In this document: piece by piece, positions 1 to 8,882 of the stretch
Layout of the letters: every line of letters starts with the position of its first letter
How positions within the stretch are numbered: position 1 is the stretch's first letter
NCBI GenBank assembly: GCA_046583315.1
Contig: JAYGCN010000210.1
Span: 1 to 44,719 of the forward strand
Origin: Candidatus Hydrogenedentota bacterium
GTDB taxonomy: Bacteria; Hydrogenedentota; Hydrogenedentia; Hydrogenedentales; GCA-2746185
Reading direction: 5' to 3'
DNA length: 44,719 nt
Position numbers and translations under genes: made by a program
The notes under the pieces: model-generated
Seen by the model: only the letters and a program-made list of their open reading frames with translations
Databases searched by the model: none
Told to the model about the DNA's origin: nothing

Positions 1-71
1 TGCTGCGTTCCCCAGAGAAACACGAGGAAGAGGCCAAGCTCGACGAACAATGTAAGGTTAATCGTTACCAT
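1..71 (-). CDS. atpF: ATP synthase F0 subunit b/b' (5' part only, runs off the window edge)
   Basis: Hand translation from ATG at 71: MVTINLTLFVELGLFLVFLWGTQ..., a typical b-subunit membrane anchor; lies directly downstream of atpE. Confidence 0.8.
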   Translation of the reverse strand, partial: MVTINLTLFVELGLFLVFLWGTQ

Positions 72-93
72 AATGATTCAGTATGAGCCTCTA

Positions 94-429
<336 letters not shown>

Positions 430-454
430 TCAGTCATCCGATTTTCTTGATCGG

Positions 455-1432
455 TTAAACAACAAATAAAACCACCAAGGCGATAATGAATGCATATATC
501 GCCGTCGATTGAGATACCGCTTGCCCGATGAGCATGGTGCGTAACATCAGCGCATCGTTCGCGGGTTTTTCGGCTATGGCTTCGCAACTCGTCTCACCCA
601 CGTGACCACAGCCAACGCCGGGTCCGATTCCGCCGACACCCACGGCGATTCCCGCTGCGATCACCTTGGCGAATCCAATAATGGTGGGTTCGAGATCGTT
701 CAGCGTGAAAAGCATGATAAAGGCGACCAGCATGCCGAAGATGGCCGGTGTACCGCAGACGGCTTGCGCGATAAGCATGGTGCGAATGGTGATGGGACGG
801 GAGACGGGCCAATTACCTTGCCCACGTACCGCGCCGCCTGCCGTCATTCCCGCGCCCACGCCGGGCCCGAGCGCACTGGCGCCCATGGCGAGTCCTGCGC
901 CGAGAGCGATGCCGATGCTGGCGAGTCCCGTGCTGGGAATAGGCAGAAATAACAACATTAGGGCTACTAGCGTTGCGAATATACTGGTGCTCTGGGCCAG
1001 GGCTTGCCCAATCATCATCGTGGTGGTGATGGAGGAAGCTTTTTCTGGATTACGCGCAACGGCTGCGCAGGCCTGAGCTGCTGGCATGCCGCCGCCGACA
1101 CCGCTACCAAAACATCCGAGACCCACTGCGAGTCCTGCGCCGACCATGGCGGAGGCAAAGACTGGGCCGGAGATGGCTTCGTTGACGGGAAGAAATAGAA
1201 TGAGAAGTCCAATAACCAACGCAAAGATGGAGGGGCTTGCGCCGACGGCCTGACCGAGCAACATGGTACGCAACAGGTCGCTGTGGCGCGAGGGTTGTTT
1301 CATCATCGAACGCGAGGCTTCGGCCCCGGCCATACCCATGCCCACGGCAGCACCGAGCCCGCCGAATCCCAATGCGAGACCCGCACCGATGTATCGGCCT
1401 ATGTAGTCCCATGTTTCAGGTGCCAAATCCAC
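455..1432 (-). CDS. Four-hairpin (8-TM) c-subunit paralogue lacking all ion-binding carboxylates
   Basis: Four ~81-aa repeats, each Gly-rich inner helix / xxP loop (KQP, RNP, NWP, EKP) / TM-xx-(G/A)QA outer helix; GTG start with AAAGG upstream; sits between atpB and atpE. Confidence 0.92.
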   Translation of the reverse strand: MDLAPETWDYIGRYIGAGLALGFGGLGAAVGMGMAGAEASRSMMKQPSRHSDLLRTMLLGQAVGASPSIFALVIGLLILFLPVNEAISGPVFASAMVGAGLAVGLGCFGSGVGGGMPAAQACAAVARNPEKASSITTTMMIGQALAQSTSIFATLVALMLLFLPIPSTGLASIGIALGAGLAMGASALGPGVGAGMTAGGAVRGQGNWPVSRPITIRTMLIAQAVCGTPAIFGMLVAFIMLFTLNDLEPTIIGFAKVIAAGIAVGVGGIGPGVGCGHVGETSCEAIAEKPANDALMLRTMLIGQAVSQSTAIYAFIIALVVLFVV

Positions 1433-1444
1433 GCTGATAAACCT

Positions 1445-2200
1445 TTACTTGATAGCGACCGCGATGTAGGTGAGCGTCAGCATGGTAAACACGAATGCCT
1501 GAACAGTCCCTACGAAAAAGACAAAGAAGAAATCCAGCCCGATGGGGAAACCAGTGTTCCACACGAGCGACGATACGACAACGATAATGATGGAGCCGCC
1601 GATGATGTTGCCGAAAAGTCGGAAGGAAATGGAGACCACTTTGGCCATTTCGCCGATGACATTGAGCGGGAAGAAAAAGAGTGCGGATGCTTTGCCCATC
1701 ACCTGTTCCATGCCTTTCGCACCCTCCTGGCTCCACATGGGACCGAGCAATTCTCCGAAGTAGCCTCTCACACCTTTGGCTTTGACGCCGCAGACAGTGG
1801 CAATGACGATGGCCATAAAACCGAGCGCGAGGGTGCAGTTGATGTCGCCCGTGGGTTCTTCAAAGATGCCGGTTGGCAGGAAACCCATAAAATTGCCCAG
1901 GCACAGGAACATGAACAAGCAGGCAATGAGCGGGAGAAATTTGCGGTTTGCTACGCGCTCGGGGAGTTCGAGTGAACTGGACACCAGGTCATCGAAGGTG
2001 GCCACAAATGTTTCGAGGATGACCTGGGCGCGTCCGGGTATGCGATTCTGGCGGCGCACCGCTATCCACATAATGGTCCAGAGGATGCCCATCACCACGA
2101 GGGTGTTGAAAATCGTCAGAATGTTAACGCCGCCGCCGGGGATAGAGATATCCGTAAAGGGCAGATAGTTCCAGACCAGTCTTTCGCCTATCTTTTCCAT
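1445..2200 (-). CDS. atpB: ATP synthase F0 subunit a
   Basis: PTGDIN, SISFRLFGN (essential Arg) and VQAFVFTMLT motifs; start moved to ATG 2200 (MEKIGER), preceded by GGAG. Confidence 0.96.
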   Translation of the reverse strand: MEKIGERLVWNYLPFTDISIPGGGVNILTIFNTLVVMGILWTIMWIAVRRQNRIPGRAQVILETFVATFDDLVSSSLELPERVANRKFLPLIACLFMFLCLGNFMGFLPTGIFEEPTGDINCTLALGFMAIVIATVCGVKAKGVRGYFGELLGPMWSQEGAKGMEQVMGKASALFFFPLNVIGEMAKVVSISFRLFGNIIGGSIIIVVVSSLVWNTGFPIGLDFFFVFFVGTVQAFVFTMLTLTYIAVAIK

Positions 2201-2219
2201 CGTACTCCGTCCAAATTTC

Positions 2220-2663
2220 TCAACTGTTCGGCTCTTGCGTATTGTCGTTTGCGTCATCCGTTTTGCGAAAACGTTGATCCAGGCCAAAGACCCCCACGAT
2301 CACCAGCACGAAGCGAATAATCATGATACCTATCAACGCGCCTATCAAGCCATGGTAGGCCTCGCGATCCAGCGCAAATCCTTTGTATAAAACAGCACCG
2401 TACAATGCGAATCGAAGAGTCGACAAGGTCAGCGCGGCGAACTTTACGTTTGACGGGTTATGCAGAACAATTTTTTCGAGCCGAACCGCGATGATCCAGA
2501 ATCCCAACAATCCGGCGATTCCGCCCAACAGGACACCCTGAGCGACAAGTGGATCGTAGAAATACGTGCCAAACGTCACTGCAGCCGTGACTGTCATGGT
2601 CACCCGAACCGTCATCAGACGAAAACGGCGAATGGGCTCTAAATTGTAGTTATTGCTATCCAT
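2220..2663 (-). CDS. atpI: ATP synthase protein I (AtpI/UncI)
   Basis: 147-aa four-TM protein immediately upstream of atpB; first gene of the operon. Confidence 0.78.
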   Translation of the reverse strand: MDSNNYNLEPIRRFRLMTVRVTMTVTAAVTFGTYFYDPLVAQGVLLGGIAGLLGFWIIAVRLEKIVLHNPSNVKFAALTLSTLRFALYGAVLYKGFALDREAYHGLIGALIGIMIIRFVLVIVGVFGLDQRFRKTDDANDNTQEPNS

Positions 2664-2786
2664 GGTATTCCGAGCATTTCGTCCTTAGCCCTCGGCTCCA
2701 TTAGGGTGATAGCTACACCCATCGTTACGGGGTGTCAAACTGGCTTTCTTGGATCATTTCGTGCGTACTTGAGCAGGAAAGCCAAC

Positions 2787-2815
2787 ATTGTACGCTTTAC
2801 AATTCCTTCAATCAA
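2787..2815 (-). promoter_or_regulatory. Putative sigma70 promoter of the atp operon
   Basis: Minus strand TTGATT-N17-TACAAT, about 125 nt upstream of the atpI ATG. Confidence 0.6.
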
Positions 2816-2925
2816 GGCGGATAGATGATTTTTTCGGGTATCGAATCCGCCAGGGAATCGGCATGTGAACTGAATTTGGAATTTTGGTATGATATGCGCT
2901 GAATTTGTATTTTAGGAGACGCTAG

Positions 2926-3747
2926 ATGAAACGTTTGTTGGTTGGATTGATGATGAGCATCTTTGCTGTTGGGTGCATTCCGGAGAAACCGGAAGATGAC
3001 GCGACGACCGTTACACCACAGGTCGCCGTTGTGGATGCGCTCAGTGAAGAGGAAATCCTTATCGAAGAGTGGCTGGCCATGGCTGCGGAGCCGGACTCGC
3101 ACGTCGGTGATGTGCGCCCATTCCAGATTTGTGATGAATTGGCCCAGATGGGCCCTACGGCCTTGGCCCCCTTTGTCGAGTTACTGGATGATTCAGAAGC
3201 GAGCGGTGCAACCAAAATATTCGTGCTCCAGTCCATCAATGTCAACATGTCGCCCGCGTACATTCCTCAACTCACGGGTCTTCTGGACTCTGGCGATCAG
3301 ACGGCACGCTCGTGCGCGGTCTCGCTTCTGGGTGGAATTCATGATGATGCCGTAGCGAAACTATTGCTGGGACTTAAAGATGACGATAACTCCCGTGTAG
3401 CATTCTCCGCGCTTTCCGGGCTCGCGCAACAAACCGGGGAGCCGTATCGCACTGAATTCGTGGACCTTTACTTTGCCGATGATGCGACGCGCGCGCGCAA
3501 ATCCGAGATTTTTCGTGTGATCCTCATGAGAACTCAAGCATCGGATCTTCCGGTGCTTGAAGCGGAGGTGGCCGACCCGGAGACGGTAATCGGTATACGC
3601 CTTGTCGCGACCATGTTGCTTGGTAATTTTGGCGATCTGGATTCCATTCCTGAATTGGAAAAGAGTCTTGAGATTGTAACGGATGAGCAGTATCGGCAGC
3701 TGGCCCAATCAACCATAGCGGCTCTCCAAGAGCGGTTTAAGGCCTGA
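2926..3747 (+). CDS. HEAT-repeat lipoprotein
   Basis: Lipobox FAVGC; HEAT-like repeats (LLDSGDQTARSCAVSLLG, LKDDDNSRVAFSALSGL); AGGAG RBS. Confidence 0.7.
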   Translation: MKRLLVGLMMSIFAVGCIPEKPEDDATTVTPQVAVVDALSEEEILIEEWLAMAAEPDSHVGDVRPFQICDELAQMGPTALAPFVELLDDSEASGATKIFVLQSINVNMSPAYIPQLTGLLDSGDQTARSCAVSLLGGIHDDAVAKLLLGLKDDDNSRVAFSALSGLAQQTGEPYRTEFVDLYFADDATRARKSEIFRVILMRTQASDLPVLEAEVADPETVIGIRLVATMLLGNFGDLDSIPELEKSLEIVTDEQYRQLAQSTIAALQERFKA

Positions 3748-3751
3748 TCCG

Positions 3752-4063
3752 TTGAAAATTCTGACACAGCTCATGGCATGGTTTTCGCCCCGAACAGGCG
3801 CGGCGGGAAGCGATGGTCTGTCGGGGGAACCAATCACACGCACCATCGATTTCGACATGATGCTCAGGGGCAACCTCTATGAGCGACCCTCGGGCACGGT
3901 GCGGCAATGTTCGGTCACGGTCAACGGGGCGACACAATTGGTAACCACGGGCGACACGGTAACCAGTGAAGTATATGACGCGCTCGTGGAATCGGGCATC
4001 GTTTTGGGAGCCGAATCGGATTCAACCAATGTTGCGAAAGCAGAAAAAGACTCGACGAATTGA
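3752..4063 (+). CDS. Hypothetical protein
   Basis: Fills the gap between co-oriented genes; start uncertain (TTG 3752 or ATG 3773). Confidence 0.55.
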   Translation: MKILTQLMAWFSPRTGAAGSDGLSGEPITRTIDFDMMLRGNLYERPSGTVRQCSVTVNGATQLVTTGDTVTSEVYDALVESGIVLGAESDSTNVAKAEKDSTN

Positions 4064-4086
4064 GTCATATAGACTAAACTTAGGTT

Positions 4087-4917
4087 ATGGCGATTACAGA
4101 GCAAGAGGTTGAAGTGTTGAAAGCTGAGGCACATCAGTTGCATCAGCACTATCGGCGCATCAAGGAAGCAAACCGGTCGGACTCTCAGGAAGTCTCTGGA
4201 GGCGAGGAGATCGAAAGCCTCCGGGTGCGTTATGCCGAGATTGAGTCTATGCTGAATCAGGCGGAAAACCACAGCTCCGAAGAAATCGAACGCTTGTCCA
4301 ATTTCGATGTGGAGCCTTATCGTGTGCACAAACCGGTGACGGTAGATTTTGCACATGATAATTTCGTCAGCCGTATTTTTACATTGACTTCGCCGCGTCT
4401 CGTGATATCAACGGTCATGCTCATATTCTTCGTTTCCATTTTCTTGCTGATCTCGAACAGGCATATCGGTTTTTTCGTGGTGCCGTCATCCTCGATGGAG
4501 CCGACCTTGATTCCCAATGATAAACTGGTGACCATTCGCAAAGCGGAATATGACCGGGGGGATATCGTGGTCTTGATAGACCCCACCGAAGAGGGAAGCT
4601 ATCTGGTCAAACGTATTGTCGCCAAGGGGAACGATGATATTTATGTCAAACGTGGCGCCATCATGGTAAACAGCAAAGCGATTGATGAGCCGTACATCAA
4701 GGAAGCCATCGATTATGATTTCGGGCCTTACCGCATTCCCGAGGATCACATTTTTGTTCTGGGCGACAATCGGAATAACAGTGAGGATGGGCATCACTGG
4801 GGTTACGGGGTGCCCATGGATACCATCATCGGACAGGTTAAATACATCTATGCCCCCAGCGCGCGACTTCGGGCCTTGCCGCCGATGAATCAAGTGTTTG
4901 TATTGGCGGGAACCTAA
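4087..4917 (+). CDS. lepB: Signal peptidase I with N-terminal cytoplasmic extension
   Basis: PSSSMEPTL (catalytic Ser), YLVKRI (catalytic Lys), VLGDNRNNSED box; single TM. Confidence 0.93.
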   Translation: MAITEQEVEVLKAEAHQLHQHYRRIKEANRSDSQEVSGGEEIESLRVRYAEIESMLNQAENHSSEEIERLSNFDVEPYRVHKPVTVDFAHDNFVSRIFTLTSPRLVISTVMLIFFVSIFLLISNRHIGFFVVPSSSMEPTLIPNDKLVTIRKAEYDRGDIVVLIDPTEEGSYLVKRIVAKGNDDIYVKRGAIMVNSKAIDEPYIKEAIDYDFGPYRIPEDHIFVLGDNRNNSEDGHHWGYGVPMDTIIGQVKYIYAPSARLRALPPMNQVFVLAGT

Positions 4918-4941
4918 GCGGGGCTTCCCACGACAAACACC

Positions 4942-6039
4942 ATGATCACATCGCTGGATCGCTACATACTCAAACAGATACTGTTTCCGGCATCGATCGC
5001 GTTTTTTCTGATTGGATTTATGGCGATCGCGGCGGAGATTCAAGACAGTACAGATAATTTCCCGCGCGGTTTTTTGACGCCGGTCGATATTGGCTTCCTC
5101 GTGTTGTTTCTGTTCCCAAGCATTCTGGCCCTACTCATACCGATCGCATTTTTTGTGGGCATTCTGATGGCCTTCGGACGACTGGCGCAACAAGGCGAAA
5201 TAACCGCTATGCAAGCGGCCGGCATCTCGCTCAAACGGCTTACGCGCGCCATTCTGGTTGCCAGCGTAGTGCTAAGCGTGATCTGTTATGCCCTACAGGA
5301 CTGGTTGCAGCCTCTGGGGATGGCGCGCGCTTTCGACATCATGCACAACGACTTGCCACAACGCCTCACCATCGATAAACTGGACGCGGGCGAACTTCAC
5401 AATTACGAAGGTTGGCGAATTCATTTCGCGAGCAAGGACGAATCGACGCATACCTTGTATGATTTCGATCTCATTCAACCAGAAGGCACTGGCGTGGTGC
5501 TCTTTCACGCCGACGAAGCACAACTCACGCGAAGCGGTGACGAGTATACGCTACACCTGCGCTGGGGCTACAGCATTTCGCAACAGAATGTACATGTGCG
5601 CTTCGACGGACTGGATAAACCATTCCCGCTTCCCGCCGTACTTTCTTCGTCGAAAAACCATCGTAGTCTGGCAAATTTATCAACGATGATGAATCTGGAA
5701 AGTGACCTTTCAATGGACTATGCACAGAACTCTCAAAGGGCCGACAAAGAAGAGTTACGCCAGCTTCGCCGGGATATCGCAAAACGCATAAGCGAACCCT
5801 TTGCATGCCTGGCTGTTGCGCTCGTGGGAGCACCGCTGGGTGTACACGCCAGGCGCAAGGGCCGCACCTCGTTATTCAGCGTGGGCTTGGGCGTGCTCGT
5901 GTTGTATTACGCGTTGGTGACCGTCGCTGAGCCCACGGGATTGCGCGATCTGAGCACCTTCATTGCGCGCGCGTGGATACCGAACGTCGTATTGATGGGA
6001 ATAGGAATCGTCCTGTTGTGGAGGGTGGATCGCGCATGA
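4942..6039 (+). CDS. lptF: LPS export ABC permease, LptF/LptG family
   Basis: LDRYI N-terminus, GRL..GEITAMQAAGISL motif, AWIPN C-terminal motif. Confidence 0.85.
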   Translation: MITSLDRYILKQILFPASIAFFLIGFMAIAAEIQDSTDNFPRGFLTPVDIGFLVLFLFPSILALLIPIAFFVGILMAFGRLAQQGEITAMQAAGISLKRLTRAILVASVVLSVICYALQDWLQPLGMARAFDIMHNDLPQRLTIDKLDAGELHNYEGWRIHFASKDESTHTLYDFDLIQPEGTGVVLFHADEAQLTRSGDEYTLHLRWGYSISQQNVHVRFDGLDKPFPLPAVLSSSKNHRSLANLSTMMNLESDLSMDYAQNSQRADKEELRQLRRDIAKRISEPFACLAVALVGAPLGVHARRKGRTSLFSVGLGVLVLYYALVTVAEPTGLRDLSTFIARAWIPNVVLMGIGIVLLWRVDRA

Positions 6040-7133
6040 CGACGCTGGATCGATACTTGGCATGGCGCATCGCATCGACCTTTCTGAAGACCTGTGTATC
6101 TCTGATCTTGCTCTTCATCATCATCGATATTGTCACGCATCAACGCACGCGGATTATTGAGCAAGATGTGCCGGCACCAATCGTTATCGAATACTATCTG
6201 CTCATGATTCCGGTCATTCTGACCAACTACCAATTGGCACCCCTGTCGCTTCTGGTGTCAGGCCTTATGGTCTTCGGGAATTTCGTGCAACGAAGCGAAT
6301 ACACGGCGGCGCTTGCGGGCGGCATCGGACTAAAACGACTCCTTGTAGCGCCCCTGGGTGTCGCGCTCATCCTGAGTGGTTCATTGTTTGTCATGAACAA
6401 CTCCATCGGGGCCTATGCGGCGGAGCGCACGATTGAGATCGATGACCATTATTTCGGGAAAGCGCGGCGTGGCGATCGAAGCGCGCGCAATGGAATTTTC
6501 TGGCCCGGCCTTGAGAATGGGTGGAAATGCGACGTGCGCAAGTTCAATCGGCAGGCATTGACAGGCGAGAATATTTTTCTCTACGCAGTGCACGAGGGTC
6601 GCCATGAACAGATTCAGGCGCGCCGACTGTTCTGGGACGAGAATCAGGAAACGTGGTTTCTTGAGGATGGCAGTTGGTCGGTGTTTGATGATCAGCAGGA
6701 CAATCTAGGTCAGACCACCTCCTTTGCCCGAATTCGTGCACCCTTTCAGGCTTCACCGGACTATTTGCTGACTTCCGAGGTGAACACGGATACACGCTCA
6801 ATGGGCGAACTGGCGAAACTTCACGACAAACACGCTAGCCAGGGTTATACCGCGCGCCGCCTGTATCTGGACATGCATACCAAAGTGGTCGACCCGCTGT
6901 TGTGTGTGGTGTTTATGGGCTTGGCCGTGCCGTTTTCGATTCGACTGGGCCGGGGTAATGTCTCGGTCGGACTGAGCGTCGCCATCGCACTGGGCCTGGG
7001 GTATATTGTCCTTGCTGGCGTGACTCAAGGCATGGGCTATTCCGGCCAGATACCGCCGGGAATTGCAGCGTGGTTGCCCTTCGCCCTGTATTTTTTGGGG
7101 TGCTTTGGCCTGATTTACCGTACTCCGACCTGA
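6036..7133 (+). CDS. lptG: LPS export ABC permease, LptF/LptG family
   Basis: ATGA overlap with the upstream gene; LDRYL, SEYTAALAGGI, AAWLP motifs. Confidence 0.85.
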   Translation: MTTLDRYLAWRIASTFLKTCVSLILLFIIIDIVTHQRTRIIEQDVPAPIVIEYYLLMIPVILTNYQLAPLSLLVSGLMVFGNFVQRSEYTAALAGGIGLKRLLVAPLGVALILSGSLFVMNNSIGAYAAERTIEIDDHYFGKARRGDRSARNGIFWPGLENGWKCDVRKFNRQALTGENIFLYAVHEGRHEQIQARRLFWDENQETWFLEDGSWSVFDDQQDNLGQTTSFARIRAPFQASPDYLLTSEVNTDTRSMGELAKLHDKHASQGYTARRLYLDMHTKVVDPLLCVVFMGLAVPFSIRLGRGNVSVGLSVAIALGLGYIVLAGVTQGMGYSGQIPPGIAAWLPFALYFLGCFGLIYRTPT

Positions 7134-7181
7134 CTATGGGACTAATTGCTTTATTCATAGGGGGTTAGTAAAAATTTGTTG

Positions 7182-7210
7182 TTGCAGGAAAATCCAATCT
7201 CTGGTAAACT
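7182..7210 (+). promoter_or_regulatory. Putative sigma70 promoter (extended -10)
   Basis: TTGCAG-N17-TAAACT with TG before the -10, in an AT-rich intergenic region upstream of 7258. Confidence 0.45.
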
Positions 7211-7257
7211 TTGTTCGTAGATTTAGCGTTTCAGCAACACGCAAAAAAGGGAATTAC

Positions 7258-8805
7258 ATGAATGCTTACAGGAACGGTGTGATCTGTCTGGTCGCCGGAA
7301 TGATGCTGGCCGGATGTGTCACCAATCTTACCCCGCGCGCGCGCGAAGGCTGGACAGTGCCTCTGGACCATCTCGGTCTTAATGGGGACATTCGACGGCT
7401 TGATGAGCCGCATCGGTGGGAAGTACGCCAGGTATCCAGCTTTGATCGCACGGGTGGCAACAACGATGATCGCTATGGGCACCAGGTCTGGGACGGGGGT
7501 GCGATACTTGCAGACCTCGAAGGACCCGGCGTCGTGACACGCATCTGGTCGCGCAACCCACACGGTACAGTGTTCATTTTCGTTGATGATATCGAGCATC
7601 CAGTCATGGCGATGCCGTTTGCAACGATGTTTGCGGGCGAGACGGAATACGACGAACACAGTGTCAATCTTTTTAGCGCACCGTTTACGAATCAAGGCAG
7701 TGGCGGATACTTCAGCTACATGCCGATTCCCTACGAAAGCCGCTGTCGCATAATGGCCACGGGTATCGATGAGAGCCTGGGTTATCAGGTGACCTATGTT
7801 GATTTGCCTGCAGGGACGCCGATTCAGTCATTCGATTCGATGTTGTCGGAAGATGACATTCGGTTCTTCAAACGCTGGCAGGATAATTGGGAATTCACGA
7901 ATTACCGCTGGAGTGATCGCAAGACGGAGGAAGTGTGGAAATCGCGTCACAAGTATAACCCCGGCGAAGATTATCAGGTTATTCCGCTTCGCGGTTCCGG
8001 CGTGATTACGGAAATCGAAATATCGATTGAATCGGCTGATGAAGACACAATGGACGGGGTATGGTTGGCCATCTTTTTTGACGGGCAGGAAGACCCGGGT
8101 GTATTGACGCCCATTGGCGATTTTTTTGCGGCCTCCTCCAAAGATGTAGACGATTATGACAGCCTTGTGCTGGGTCGCAGTGAAGGCCGAATGTGGTGTC
8201 GCTACCCGATGCCCTATCGTGAGTCAGCAGAAATTCGATTCATCAACACGACCGATCAAATCGCGGATATCACCTACGCCGTAACGTATCGACCGGAAGA
8301 AGTGGCGCATGACAACTACTTCTTCGCACGGTACAACAGTGCTGAAACGGTAGAGGGCGTCCCTTACGAGGTACTCTCGGTCAATGGGGAAGGCCACTTC
8401 GTCGGAGCATCCATCTCTGCATCGAATGCGGATTCGCTCATCATTCTTGAAGGTGATGATTCGTATTCAGTCGATGGTCGCAGCCCTCAGGAATTTCACG
8501 GAACCGGTACGGACGACTATTTCAACGCGGGATGGTATTTCGCGGAAGGCTCCTCCTCCAGCCCAACGCATGGCGTGGCGCTCAAGGATGCCAAGAAACC
8601 CAACGGCTTCTCCGCGTTCCGCAGTCACTTTACGGAACCGGTAACCTTCGAAAAATCGTTCGTGTTTAATCTCGAACACGGGCCGAATAACGACCGTCCT
8701 GGCGTGCAGTACTCAAGCGTGTCTTACTGGTACCAGAATGATCGCACACCATCGCTGCGGGCTATTCCTGAAATTCAGGGCGTGCCGTTGCGAAAGGCGG
8801 ATTAA
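7258..8805 (+). CDS. DUF2961 / GH172-like glycoside hydrolase lipoprotein
   Basis: Lipobox LAGC; SSFDRTGGNND, GPGVVTRIW, EGDD, HGTGTDDYFN, LEHG, SVSYWY motifs; PMP(Y/F) module occurs twice. Confidence 0.85.
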   Translation: MNAYRNGVICLVAGMMLAGCVTNLTPRAREGWTVPLDHLGLNGDIRRLDEPHRWEVRQVSSFDRTGGNNDDRYGHQVWDGGAILADLEGPGVVTRIWSRNPHGTVFIFVDDIEHPVMAMPFATMFAGETEYDEHSVNLFSAPFTNQGSGGYFSYMPIPYESRCRIMATGIDESLGYQVTYVDLPAGTPIQSFDSMLSEDDIRFFKRWQDNWEFTNYRWSDRKTEEVWKSRHKYNPGEDYQVIPLRGSGVITEIEISIESADEDTMDGVWLAIFFDGQEDPGVLTPIGDFFAASSKDVDDYDSLVLGRSEGRMWCRYPMPYRESAEIRFINTTDQIADITYAVTYRPEEVAHDNYFFARYNSAETVEGVPYEVLSVNGEGHFVGASISASNADSLIILEGDDSYSVDGRSPQEFHGTGTDDYFNAGWYFAEGSSSSPTHGVALKDAKKPNGFSAFRSHFTEPVTFEKSFVFNLEHGPNNDRPGVQYSSVSYWYQNDRTPSLRAIPEIQGVPLRKAD

Positions 8806-8822
8806 TCCGAAACCAATAAACC

Positions 8823-8870
8823 AAAATCACCCCTGCACTCTTCTGAATGCCGGGGTGATTTTTTTGTTTT
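8823..8870. terminator. Intrinsic terminator between convergent genes
   Basis: AAAATCACCCC...GGGGTGATTTT inverted repeat followed by a T-run. Confidence 0.85.
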
Positions 8871-8882
8871 TCGTTCTAATTG

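Noticed and set aside
455..1432. V/A-type subunit K or an assembly-generated tandem repeat
   Set aside because: The motifs (TM-xx-GQA, xQP/xNP loops) are F-type, and the four repeats differ strongly from each other and from atpE, so they are not collapsed or duplicated reads.
2201..2287. N-terminal extension of AtpB in the ORF track
   Set aside because: It overlaps atpI; ATG 2200 has a good RBS.
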